A stretch of DNA of 32,000 nt from Bdellovibrionales bacterium (GTDB taxonomy: Bacteria; Bdellovibrionota; Bdellovibrionia; Bdellovibrionales; UBA1609). Below are positions 1 through 8,884 of the stretch, piece after piece. A model generated the notes under the pieces. The model did no database searches. It was given only the letters and a program-made list of their open reading frames with translations, and was not told where the DNA came from. Numbering within the stretch: position 1 is the first letter of the stretch; the number at the start of each line of letters is the position of its first letter. Both the position numbers and the translations under genes were made by a program. The DNA lies in contig OY843585.1 in assembly GCA_963692945.1 (NCBI GenBank), positions 1 through 32,000 on the forward strand, read 5' to 3'.

Positions 1-1
1 A

Positions 2-271
2 GGGTGGATGGAATGGAATATCCATCCTCTCCATTTTAATCTTTATGCTAATATAGACACTTATGGAGCCAACTATGCCAAAGGATTTCATATAGGTCTC
101 ATAACAAGTTTTAAATGGGATACAAAAAGAAATCAACGCTCTCATGTTAATCATTTTTTTAAAAGAAGAAGGTCCACTTCCAAAAAAAATATTTATTTCA
201 CAGAAGATGAAGACGAAACTTCCAATGAAATCAATGAAGAACTTATGGAAGAATTAAAACATCTTCGTTAA
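2..271 (+). CDS. 3-prime end of a CDS truncated by the left window edge; product unknown
   Basis: The frame is open from nt 2 (GWMEWNIHPLHFNLYANIDTYGANYAKGFHIGLITSFKW...), so the ATG at 8 is probably internal. A beta-strand-like aromatic pattern is followed by a basic patch (KRRRSTSKK) and an acidic tail. The TAA at 269-271 overlaps the stop of the convergent gene as TTAA. No family recognised. Confidence 0.35.
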   Translation, partial: GWMEWNIHPLHFNLYANIDTYGANYAKGFHIGLITSFKWDTKRNQRSHVNHFFKRRRSTSKKNIYFTEDEDETSNEINEELMEELKHLR

Positions 272-1782
272 AAACTATCTTCAATCTCTTCTAATTCTTC
301 TAAATCTTCAAATTCATCTTTAATATTTTCCATATCATTGTTTTCATCACTCTCATCTTCTTCCATCTCTTCTAAATTCTCATCCTCTTCCACTTCTTCT
401 AAATTCTCATCCTCTTCCACCTCTTCTAAATTCTCATCTTCTTCTAAATTCTCATCTTCTTCCACTTCTTCTAAATTCTCATCCTCTTCCACCTCTTCTA
501 GGTTATAAGAATCCTTAGAGCTATCTATAGATTCATGACTTTCTGATTGTCCAAGATCTGAAACTGAATCTAAAGAGCTAGAAAAGAAATCATTAAGGTA
601 TATTTGATCTTTAGCTTGAATAATAATGGCTGTAGATACATCAGGATTGGTATGTATCACCCTTAACTGACCTATAGATGGCTTTTTATATTCATAAGGT
701 CTTTTATTGTGTTTTTTAAAACTATGAGCAGACTTTGCCTTTATATAATACAAATCACCCACTCGCACACCATGAGATTCTCCCTTACCCAAATAAACAA
801 TGGAATAAAGTGAAAGCATTTGCATTTTTTTATTAGGAGATCCTATAATGATTCCATTCGCTGTTCCGTAACTTCCTTTTTGAGAAAGCGTAAACACAGG
901 TCTTGCCCCTGCTAAAATAGAATCACCTTCAGCTATTCCTTCTAAAGATTTAGTAACTTGAGCTCGGTACATTGATTCTGTCCCTGAAATATAACCCAAT
1001 ATTTTTATTTCTCCCTTGATTTGAATTTCATAACTGTTAGTTTTTAATAAATTAAAAAAAGAAGAGTTTAAAGAACCTCTATTTTTAACCACAGTGTATT
1101 TACCACCAATAGAAACATCTCCTCTAATTTGTACGATAATATTTTCTCCGTTTAAACTCAAAAAGCCATACCCATCTTTACCTATGACTTCACCTAATTT
1201 TAAAGGTTTTTCATCACTCAAATAAAAAGGAAGTAGAGCTTTTTTATTAATCTCAATCAAATTCAAAGAAAGGCTTATTTTGCTACTTACAGGCTCTAAA
1301 CTTATGTTTTCTTTAATAAAAGGTAAAGAAGAAGGCATTTCATACTCTCTCAAGGATTGTCTTTTATAAAGCTGAGGGGGTATCTCAACACCAGGAAATT
1401 GTTCAGAAACAGGAGTGCTGTATTCAGAGGTATTAACTGCACTTAAAGTTTTAATATCAAACTTTAGAGAATCTCCTTTATAAATACGATGAGGGTTTTC
1501 TACTAAAGGATTAGCAACCCATAATTTAGACCAATAAAGATTATCTTTAAAAAAGGTTTTACTTAAATCCCAAAAATTATCTTTATGTTGCAATTGATAA
1601 GATTTTTTTAAAAAACCAATCAATTCAGACCATTCATCATTAGTGACAGGATTTTTATAATTTTTTAAATATATTCTATGAAGACGATCTTCATAACTTC
1701 TATCTTCATTCTCATTAGCATTTACTAAAAAACTAAAAACATAGAGAAGTAAAATAAAAAAGTAACTTACAAGTCTAATCAT
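268..1782 (-). CDS. Secreted LysM-domain protein, TsaP-like (type IV pilus secretin-associated family), with an acidic repeat tail
   Basis: ATG start and a signal peptide (MIRLVSYFFILLLYVFSFLVNA/NE). The segment YQLQHKDNFWDLSKTFFKDNLYWSKLWVANPLVENPHRIYKGDSLKF fits the DTLW.IS..FL..PW.WP.IW..N..I.NPH.IYPGD LysM pattern I recall for TsaP-type proteins. The middle of the protein is beta-rich. The C-terminus is almost pure E/D/N/L repeats. Confidence 0.65.
   Translation of the reverse strand: MIRLVSYFFILLLYVFSFLVNANENEDRSYEDRLHRIYLKNYKNPVTNDEWSELIGFLKKSYQLQHKDNFWDLSKTFFKDNLYWSKLWVANPLVENPHRIYKGDSLKFDIKTLSAVNTSEYSTPVSEQFPGVEIPPQLYKRQSLREYEMPSSLPFIKENISLEPVSSKISLSLNLIEINKKALLPFYLSDEKPLKLGEVIGKDGYGFLSLNGENIIVQIRGDVSIGGKYTVVKNRGSLNSSFFNLLKTNSYEIQIKGEIKILGYISGTESMYRAQVTKSLEGIAEGDSILAGARPVFTLSQKGSYGTANGIIIGSPNKKMQMLSLYSIVYLGKGESHGVRVGDLYYIKAKSAHSFKKHNKRPYEYKKPSIGQLRVIHTNPDVSTAIIIQAKDQIYLNDFFSSSLDSVSDLGQSESHESIDSSKDSYNLEEVEEDENLEEVEEDENLEEDENLEEVEEDENLEEVEEDENLEEMEEDESDENNDMENIKDEFEDLEELEEIEDSF
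352..504 (-). repeat. In-frame tandem coding repeat: five 27-nt units plus one 18-nt unit, encoding NLEEVEEDE
   Basis: Units start at 352, 379, 406, 433 (18 nt), 451 and 478. The plus-strand unit is ctcatc[c/t]tcttccac[t/c]tcttctaaatt. The peptide reads NLEEVEEDE NLEEVEEDE NLEEDE NLEEVEEDE NLEEVEEDE NLEEMEEDE. Confidence 0.9.
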
Positions 1783-1870
1783 AACATCTAAATAAAAAGA
1801 TTTTTTTTATAATAACACGGCTCATAAACTATCGTTATAAGGTGATGAATAAAGACAGACAAAGGTCTTA

Positions 1871-2839
1871 ATGTCAGATACCGAACAATTCCAAATTTTT
1901 CTTTTTTTTAAGTCAAAGGTTTTTAAGCCCTTTTTTGCTTATAAAAATCTAATGGTTTTACTCATTCCTTTATTGTTTATTTTATCTTCCTGGATTCCTA
2001 TGCTCTCTCTTACGGCTGTATCTCAAATCATTCATAATCAATGTCTTGATCTTATTTCTTTTGATAGCTATTGGAAAAATATTTATGAAGCCCTTATTTG
2101 TGGAAAAAAATTACCTGTAGGATATTTGAAAGAAATTTTTTTAAAAGGAGGGCTTATTCATTTGATGGTTATTTCTGGAGCTCATCTTTTATTTTTAGAA
2201 AAATTTTGGAAAATCCTCCCATTACCTTATAAAATAAAAAAACTATCTCTTTATTTGATACTCATTTTATACACACTAGGAGCATCACTCTATCCACCTG
2301 TAACAAGAGCTTTATTTGCTTTTTGTTTATTTAGATTTTCTGAGAGCAAAAAACTTTTTTTAAGTTCTACTTTTGTCACTCATTTAAGTGGATTTCTATG
2401 CTTGATTTACAACCCCTCATGGGTTCACTCTTCTTCTCTACAGCTCAGTTGGTTAGCTTCTTTATCACAAAATACAAAAACATCTCTTAAAAAATGCATC
2501 TTAACTTATTTCATTATTTTACCTATTATAAATCGCTGGCAAGAGTTGCACTATTTAACTATTATTATTAATTGGCTCATCTCTCCTTTAATAGGTGCTA
2601 TCTTATTTCCTTTAAGTTTTTTGAGTGTTCTGTTTCATCCATTACATTTTCTAACAGATAAACTATGGAATATTATTTTTGATATTTTACAAATCGTAAA
2701 ATTCTTTCCACCTTCTATTTCTTTTTTAAATTTCTCTGTCCCGAAAAATTGGACTTGGCTATATATTAGTTTTACACTACTAATATTTTATATAATAAAC
2801 TCTTATAAAAGATTTTCTTTGTATAAAAAAGGGACTTAA
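1871..2839 (+). CDS. comEC: ComEC/Rec2-family integral membrane protein, Competence domain only
   Basis: A polytopic hydrophobic protein. GGLIHLMVISGAHLLFL matches the ComEC Competence-domain signature (G.SHLLAISGLH). At 322 aa it lacks the N-terminal OB-like domain and the C-terminal metallo-beta-lactamase domain. Confidence 0.7.
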   Translation: MSDTEQFQIFLFFKSKVFKPFFAYKNLMVLLIPLLFILSSWIPMLSLTAVSQIIHNQCLDLISFDSYWKNIYEALICGKKLPVGYLKEIFLKGGLIHLMVISGAHLLFLEKFWKILPLPYKIKKLSLYLILILYTLGASLYPPVTRALFAFCLFRFSESKKLFLSSTFVTHLSGFLCLIYNPSWVHSSSLQLSWLASLSQNTKTSLKKCILTYFIILPIINRWQELHYLTIIINWLISPLIGAILFPLSFLSVLFHPLHFLTDKLWNIIFDILQIVKFFPPSISFLNFSVPKNWTWLYISFTLLIFYIINSYKRFSLYKKGT

Positions 2840-2870
2840 CTATCTTATAAATCTTAAATAAAGATTCTTT

Positions 2871-3254
2871 TTACTTGATACTATCATTGATAGTAGAACT
2901 ACCTGCTGGAATAAAAATATCTTCCTCTTCTTTATTGATATTTTGAGCAGGATTATGATTATTACTTACTGGAGTAGGTTCTTTTTTAGGCTCTTCAATT
3001 CGGATGAAATCTGCTAAAGGTAAGGTCCAAACAATTTCTGTTCTTCTAGATATATTTAGTTTTTTATAAACATTTGTCAGGTGGAATTTCACTGTTTTCT
3101 CAGCCACACAAAGATCACTAGCAACCTTACTATTAGTGTAACCCTGAAGGACTAGAATAACGACTTCCACTTCACATTTTGAAAGGTTTTTACTGCAAAA
3201 ATAATCTCTTAAAAATTTCTTTTTTTCTTTTGAAAAGTCTGAAAAAGGCTTCAT
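2871..3254 (-). CDS. Small GerE/LuxR-type helix-turn-helix transcription regulator
   Basis: SKCEVEVVILVLQGYTNSKVASDLCVAEKTVKFHLTNVYKKLNISRRTEI is a typical LuxR/GerE HTH. The longest ORF begins at 3269, but those first codons (ATGGAGGGAGAAAAC) themselves form a GGAGGGAG Shine-Dalgarno site 5 nt before the ATG at 3254, so I prefer 3254 as the start. Confidence 0.75.
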   Translation of the reverse strand: MKPFSDFSKEKKKFLRDYFCSKNLSKCEVEVVILVLQGYTNSKVASDLCVAEKTVKFHLTNVYKKLNISRRTEIVWTLPLADFIRIEEPKKEPTPVSNNHNPAQNINKEEEDIFIPAGSSTINDSIK

Positions 3255-3259
3255 GTTTT

Positions 3260-3267
3260 CTCCCTCC
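3260..3267 (-). promoter_or_regulatory. Shine-Dalgarno site GGAGGGAG for the LuxR-type gene
   Basis: The plus strand reads ctccctcc. A 5-nt spacer separates it from the ATG at 3254-3252. Confidence 0.55.
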
Positions 3268-3306
3268 ATGGATTAACAACTTTAATTTAACCAACCTTTC
3301 CCTACT

Positions 3307-5931
3307 TTAATCAATACTAAAATCTAAAAAACTAGACTTTAATTCAGCTCCAGATTCTTTCATTTTATTTTTCTCAAGGTTTGTAAGGTTTTTTTGCCAC
3401 CTTTGTATTTGATTCATTGCTTCTATTGGAGTCTTATCAAATAAAGGATATTGAATTAATTCTTTAATAATAGGACTCTCCTTTAATTTATTTTGTGTAT
3501 TTTGTTGAGGCTTTTCAACTCGTTCTGTCTTCTGTTCTTTAGTAAACAAGTCCATTTGATCTATCTTTTGTTTATTCTTCTTAATACCTTCATAAGATTT
3601 TAATAAACCAGAAGCACGGTTAACAACAGAAGCAGGTAACCCAGCTAATTTTGCCACTTGTATCCCATAAGATTTGTTAGCTGGCTCCTTTAATAGAGTG
3701 TATAAAAAATAAATTTGCCCTTCTTTCTCTCTAATAGCCATAGACCCATTATGAATAACAGGATGTTTTTTAGCCAATTGAGTCAATTCATGATAGTGAG
3801 TTGCTGATAAAAGAATAGGTTTCTTTTCTAAAGTTAAAAATTCCAAAATAGATTGAGCAAGACTCATTCCATCAAAAGTAGCTGTCCCACGACCAATTTC
3901 ATCTAATATAACTAAACTTTTTGAATCCGCTTTCTCTAAAATTTCTGCTGTCTCTTGCATTTCAACCATAAATGTAGATAAACCTTGAGATAAGAGATCA
4001 CTTGCACCTATCCGTGTAAACATCTTATGAAACAAAGGTAATATGGCCTTATCTGCTGGAACAAAAGAACCACTTTGAGCCAATAAAACTGTTAAAGCCA
4101 CCTGTCTCATAATAGTGCTTTTTCCAGCCATATTAGGTCCTGTTAAAATCAAGGATTCACTTTCTTTCAAATGTATCGTGTTAGGAATAAACTCTAGAAA
4201 AGATTTTTGTTCTAAGACAGGATGACGACTATTTGTAATTTTTAGTTCTAAACCAAACTTGGGACGAATGTATTTGTTTTCTATAGCCACAAAAGCTAAA
4301 GAACTAAAAACATCCTTTTCACTTAAGTCATAAGCTAGTTTTAATAAATAAGGAAGCTGCTTTAATATTTCTGTTTTTAAATCTTGAAAAATTTGATACT
4401 CCATCTCTACTTGTTTAGAATGAGCAGAAAGTATTTTTTCCTCCAAAACATTTAATTCTTCCATTGTATATCTTTCAACATTTACAAGAGTCTGTTTTCT
4501 TATATAATGAGAAGGAACTTTAGAACTGTAGGTTTTACGAACCTCAATATAATAACCAAAAATATTGTTGTAACGAATCTTTAAAGAAGAAATTCCTGTT
4601 TTCATTTGCTCTTCTTTTTCCATTTTTAATAATAAATGTTGGGTGTTTTTAGATAACTCTATCCATTGATCTAACTGAGGATTTACACCTTTATTGATCA
4701 AACCTCCTTCTTTTAATAAAATGGGAGGAGAAGGCTTAATGGTTTTTTCAATATTGTATTTTATATTTTTTGCAATTTCTAATTCCTTCAAATAAGATTC
4801 ATCATTCATTAACTCATAAATTTGAAGTCCATAGGAAAGCACTTCAGAAATAGCCAAAAGATCGCGACCATTACAAGTGGGCTGAACCACCTTGCCTAGT
4901 TTTCTTTCTCCATCACCAATACAAGACAAAATATTTCTAATATTTTCTAATTTTTCTTTTTGAGATATCCACATGTCAATTTGATCCCAACGTTCCTCTA
5001 TATCTTTTTTGTTGACTAAGGGAGTTTGTAAAATTTTTCTTAAGTATCTAGCACCACCAGGTGTTTTTGTACGATTTATAGATGAGAAAAGAGTGTCTTT
5101 GTGTGACCCTTCATAATTTTTAAAAACCTCCAGGTGATGAAACAAATGAGTAGAATAATACATTTCTTGATTTAATTTTTTATGTTCAAAAGAATGAAGA
5201 ATATTTAAAACAGATTCTCCTTGCATAAACAAAGCATAACGGATAAGTCTCTTCACACTTTCAGGATAGAGATCATATTTCTCTAAAATAGAATTTGAAA
5301 AATCTCTCCCCGTAAGATCTCTAATTTCCTTTTTATCAAAGACTGTTAAATGATAGTTTTGAAAAATAGGAGATTTTAAAAACTTTTCTTTTTGAGAAGA
5401 AGTGACAATCACTTCAGCTGGAGATAAAAGATTAAATAACTTAAAAAAATCTTTTTTATCTTTCACTTGATAGTAATAAGCCGTTCCTGTTGATATATCT
5501 AAGAAACTTATGTGATTCTTATCAATAGCAGCCATATAATTATTTTTTAGTTGATCAATGGTTTCGGGATCATAAACCATACCTGGACTTAAAATTCGTG
5601 TTACAGCTCTTTTTACTAAACCTTTGTTAGAGGCTTCATAAGGTTCAATCTGATCACATATAGCCACATTAAAACCAGCAGCAAGAAGTTTTGAAATAGG
5701 ACTCGCAATACTATGATGAGGCATTCCACACATTTTAGTTTGCACTTTAGACTTTTTATTTCTAACTGTTAAAGCAATATTTAAAATAGGAGCTGCTTTT
5801 TCAGCATCTTTACCGAACATTTCAAAAAAATCTCCCATTCTAAATAACAGAATTTTATCTGGATGTTCTTTTTTAATTTTTAAGTATTGCTCCATTAACG
5901 GAGTTGTCTTTTCCATAAGTTTTTTTAACAT
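3307..5931 (-). CDS. mutS: DNA mismatch repair protein MutS
   Basis: N-terminus TPLMEQYLKIKKEHPDKILLFRMGDFFEMF, Walker A TGPNMAGKSTIMRQ, Walker B LVILDEIGRGTATFDG, length 874 aa. Confidence 0.97.
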   Translation of the reverse strand: MLKKLMEKTTPLMEQYLKIKKEHPDKILLFRMGDFFEMFGKDAEKAAPILNIALTVRNKKSKVQTKMCGMPHHSIASPISKLLAAGFNVAICDQIEPYEASNKGLVKRAVTRILSPGMVYDPETIDQLKNNYMAAIDKNHISFLDISTGTAYYYQVKDKKDFFKLFNLLSPAEVIVTSSQKEKFLKSPIFQNYHLTVFDKKEIRDLTGRDFSNSILEKYDLYPESVKRLIRYALFMQGESVLNILHSFEHKKLNQEMYYSTHLFHHLEVFKNYEGSHKDTLFSSINRTKTPGGARYLRKILQTPLVNKKDIEERWDQIDMWISQKEKLENIRNILSCIGDGERKLGKVVQPTCNGRDLLAISEVLSYGLQIYELMNDESYLKELEIAKNIKYNIEKTIKPSPPILLKEGGLINKGVNPQLDQWIELSKNTQHLLLKMEKEEQMKTGISSLKIRYNNIFGYYIEVRKTYSSKVPSHYIRKQTLVNVERYTMEELNVLEEKILSAHSKQVEMEYQIFQDLKTEILKQLPYLLKLAYDLSEKDVFSSLAFVAIENKYIRPKFGLELKITNSRHPVLEQKSFLEFIPNTIHLKESESLILTGPNMAGKSTIMRQVALTVLLAQSGSFVPADKAILPLFHKMFTRIGASDLLSQGLSTFMVEMQETAEILEKADSKSLVILDEIGRGTATFDGMSLAQSILEFLTLEKKPILLSATHYHELTQLAKKHPVIHNGSMAIREKEGQIYFLYTLLKEPANKSYGIQVAKLAGLPASVVNRASGLLKSYEGIKKNKQKIDQMDLFTKEQKTERVEKPQQNTQNKLKESPIIKELIQYPLFDKTPIEAMNQIQRWQKNLTNLEKNKMKESGAELKSSFLDFSID

Positions 5932-6246
5932 ATCAAAAAATAGGTTTCCTAATCAAAAATAAAGTAAGTCTAGTTCGTTTTTCTGACATTATGCAACGCA
6001 TATTAAAAAATCAAGCCTCTATAAAGCGTTAAATAGCCAAACAGATATCTGTATCTAGTCCATATTATACGCATATAAAAATAAGTTTTAAAAAAGGATT
6101 TTTCTTTAACTTAAAAATCTCTAGAAATTCTTTATGCACCAAAAGGAATGTATAGAAAAAAATTTATCTAAAAAATCAAAACGGCTTTAAACCTGGTTTA
6201 ATTTATTAAGATTTCCTATATATTCTTTATCTAATATTATGATATT

Positions 6247-7512
6247 TTATTTTTGAATTATCTTCTTTAATTCTATTTGTTGCTCTTCTGCTTTTGGTTC
6301 ATCTAGAAGAACCTTCATAAACCCTTTAAACAAATTTCCAAATATTTCAGTGACACCAATGTAATTCACCGAAACATTTCGCTCAGTTTGTTTTAAAATA
6401 CTCTCATGATACACCGTAATGGTATCGTATATATTAATACTAGGAAAAACAGTTTGAATAAGTTTTAAATTGATTTTTTTAGGTATCTCTTTGTTTTTCA
6501 ATATATAATTGAAAACCACCCTTTCAGTAAAAAATGGCTTTAAAACAAATGAGAAAAAACGATCTTCTAAAGAAATCATTGTGAAAAGAGCAATGATTGG
6601 TTTGAATAAACAAAAAATGGGACGTAACTCATCAGATTCTAAAATAAGGTTATGATTCTTATCATAAAGATTAAAAAACATTTCAACTAAATACAAATTC
6701 AATAGCATATATTTGATATGACTTCTTGTTAAAATTCCTTCACCATGGAGTTTGTCATAATCAAAGAGCATGACTGTCAAAGAAGATATAACAGCATCTA
6801 ACTGATCTTCATCTAAAGATTGAAAATTTGAAGATGCATTCCATAGTTTATTTTTAATAACTCGCTCAAAAGATGGTAACAAATGATCCTTCTTTAAAAG
6901 AATAGGTGATGTACCTTGTAAATCGTGGAAAAGATTAAAAAGTTTTTCTGCAGATGTATTAATAGAAATAAGGAAATCAGAAAAATCTTCAAGAAATACA
7001 GTAAAGGTATCAACCTCTTCTCTAGAAACAGCCCCTTTCTTTATCTTAGGACAATAATCTTCAAATTCAATACTCTCCTTACTTTGATATTTTTTCATAG
7101 CATCAATGAGTGAATCTTTAGAACTGCGAATTTGATGGTAATAATTATGACTTGTAATAGCTTCTATAATAGGTGCTGTACTTTCCGTTTTTATAAAAGG
7201 TTCATTAAGTAATTTAAAAATCTCCTCATCTGTAAAATAGTCTTGATTATCTCCAACGACACTCTTTACATATTGATTGATTTTAAAAACAAAACAACTT
7301 AAGATATGTTTCACTCTGCGATTAGATTCTGTATAATCTGTATCGTTCACATAACTTTTTAATTCACTTTTATAGTTTAAGATGTCACAAAAACTATCAC
7401 TACCTTCAATTTTATAAATAAATGGATTGGCCGTTTCCTCTCCAACTTCTAAACCACAATGAGGGAGAAATAATAAACTAGCCAATATAAAAAATAATTT
7501 TTTAAAAAACAT
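6247..7512 (-). CDS. Secreted or lipid-anchored protein of unknown function with an EF-hand-like loop; short paralogue of the 8884-11118 product
   Basis: ATG start and a signal peptide MFFKKLFFILASLLFLPHCG with a Cys in a non-canonical lipobox. It shares these motifs with the larger paralogue: DYFT.EE.FK, VS.EE...F...LE.F..FL and the loop DKNHNLILESDE. The start overlaps the upstream barrel gene by 11 nt. Confidence 0.75.
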   Translation of the reverse strand: MFFKKLFFILASLLFLPHCGLEVGEETANPFIYKIEGSDSFCDILNYKSELKSYVNDTDYTESNRRVKHILSCFVFKINQYVKSVVGDNQDYFTDEEIFKLLNEPFIKTESTAPIIEAITSHNYYHQIRSSKDSLIDAMKKYQSKESIEFEDYCPKIKKGAVSREEVDTFTVFLEDFSDFLISINTSAEKLFNLFHDLQGTSPILLKKDHLLPSFERVIKNKLWNASSNFQSLDEDQLDAVISSLTVMLFDYDKLHGEGILTRSHIKYMLLNLYLVEMFFNLYDKNHNLILESDELRPIFCLFKPIIALFTMISLEDRFFSFVLKPFFTERVVFNYILKNKEIPKKINLKLIQTVFPSINIYDTITVYHESILKQTERNVSVNYIGVTEIFGNLFKGFMKVLLDEPKAEEQQIELKKIIQK

Positions 7513-8884
7513 ACCCTAATCTCCATCCAAAATAATCATTAGCACGAAATTTGTATAAGAAGCTTTTTGTTTCAATACTTTTAGCACCTAGGACATTGAT
7601 TGTCACTGAAGTGTATAATTTGGGAGACATATAATAAGTGGCTTTCATAAATAAAAGTCCTCCTTTATTGTAAGGAGAATATTTATAATTGACATCTAAT
7701 TGTCTCTTTAGACGATTTGATCCTAGATACTCCACATGTAGATCAAAACCTATACCATTTAAGATTTTATACTGATTAAAGAAAAAAGGAGTTTTCTTTA
7801 TATCTTGATAGGCATCTTCTTTATCATTTTTTTTACTAAAAAAAGATTTTAAAAAACTTAGCTGCAAATAATTTTTAGAAGATATATTGTATTTTGTTAA
7901 AAGAGAAAAGTAGGTGAAGTGACCCCTTTCATGAAGGAAATCCCAATCTTCTAAGCCTTCTAACTCTTCTTCACCTTCCTGAACAAAAGTATGTCCCATA
8001 GATAAGACAGCTGAAATATCCTTATGTTTACCCCCCCACTCAGAAGATATAATTGTGTGTTTTACAGGTATAGCTGTAATTTCTTTAGAAATCTGCATAT
8101 CTTTTATTTCTAAAACACGACTTGTATTTGTAACAATAAACAGATCGTTAATGGGTTTATAACCATAACTCCATTTTGTCCAGAAAGTACGTTCTTCATT
8201 TAACCAAGTTTTAAAATTTAAAATATAACTTTGTTGAGAAAAAATATCTAAAAGAAAAGGTATTTTTATAAGGTACTCAATATCTAAAAGACCACGACCT
8301 AAAACATCCACTTTATTAGGAACTCCCAAAAACCATCTAGAATAAGAAAAAATTAAGTTATCTTTCAACTCCACTTTTGCATAACTACTAGGCAAATACA
8401 ATCCACCAACTAACATATCAATAGACCAATTTTTTGACTCTATATTTACAAAAGTACCAATCAGCCCCTTAGAAATAGGGTGTAAAAAATCCCAACGATT
8501 TAGAGGATTCCATAAGCCAAACTCCCAATACTCATCGGAAATACTCCAAGAGTTTATTTTTCGTCCAATAGCAACTCCTATAGATTTTATATCTAAATAT
8601 TTAGTATTAAATACATAGGAATAAGAGAAATACATTTCTGGAGCAGAATAGTAGATCATTTTGCTAGAATCTAAAAAATACTGACCAGCAAAATGACTAT
8701 TAAAATAAATATTTCTCCAGTGACGATCAAAATTATAATTTATTTCTAAAGATTTATAATTACTCAACTGGGCACCACCATAAGATGAAGATGTAAAGTG
8801 ATCCCATTGTAGTTCAATATGACTAGGACTAGTAAAAGCTGAAAAACTCAAACTTAACAAGAAGATTGTTATAAAAGTTTTCAT
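7502..8884 (-). CDS. Predicted outer-membrane beta-barrel protein, family not recognised (module B)
   Basis: Signal peptide MKTFITIFLLSLSFSAFT. Amphipathic Y/F/W-rich strands run throughout and the C-terminus is ...GWRLGYVF with a terminal Phe. It is paralogous to 11108-12487: WSISDEYWEFGLWNPL versus WNESDRYWNLGLWQPR, and YGYKPINDL versus YTYKPKNQL. The junction with the upstream gene is TAATG at 8882-8886. Confidence 0.8.
   Translation of the reverse strand: MKTFITIFLLSLSFSAFTSPSHIELQWDHFTSSSYGGAQLSNYKSLEINYNFDRHWRNIYFNSHFAGQYFLDSSKMIYYSAPEMYFSYSYVFNTKYLDIKSIGVAIGRKINSWSISDEYWEFGLWNPLNRWDFLHPISKGLIGTFVNIESKNWSIDMLVGGLYLPSSYAKVELKDNLIFSYSRWFLGVPNKVDVLGRGLLDIEYLIKIPFLLDIFSQQSYILNFKTWLNEERTFWTKWSYGYKPINDLFIVTNTSRVLEIKDMQISKEITAIPVKHTIISSEWGGKHKDISAVLSMGHTFVQEGEEELEGLEDWDFLHERGHFTYFSLLTKYNISSKNYLQLSFLKSFFSKKNDKEDAYQDIKKTPFFFNQYKILNGIGFDLHVEYLGSNRLKRQLDVNYKYSPYNKGGLLFMKATYYMSPKLYTSVTINVLGAKSIETKSFLYKFRANDYFGWRLGYVF

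Noticed and set aside
8-271. Treating the 87-aa ORF as a complete small gene
   Set aside because: The frame is open upstream to the window edge, so it is more likely the 3-prime end of a longer gene. I report it only as a low-confidence partial CDS.
2850-2872. Possible bidirectional intrinsic terminator (AATCTT-AAATA-AAGATT followed by CTTTTT) between the convergent comEC-like and luxR-type genes
   Set aside because: The stem is only 6 bp and contains just one G-C pair. It is too weak to report as a feature without an energy calculation or transcript-end data.
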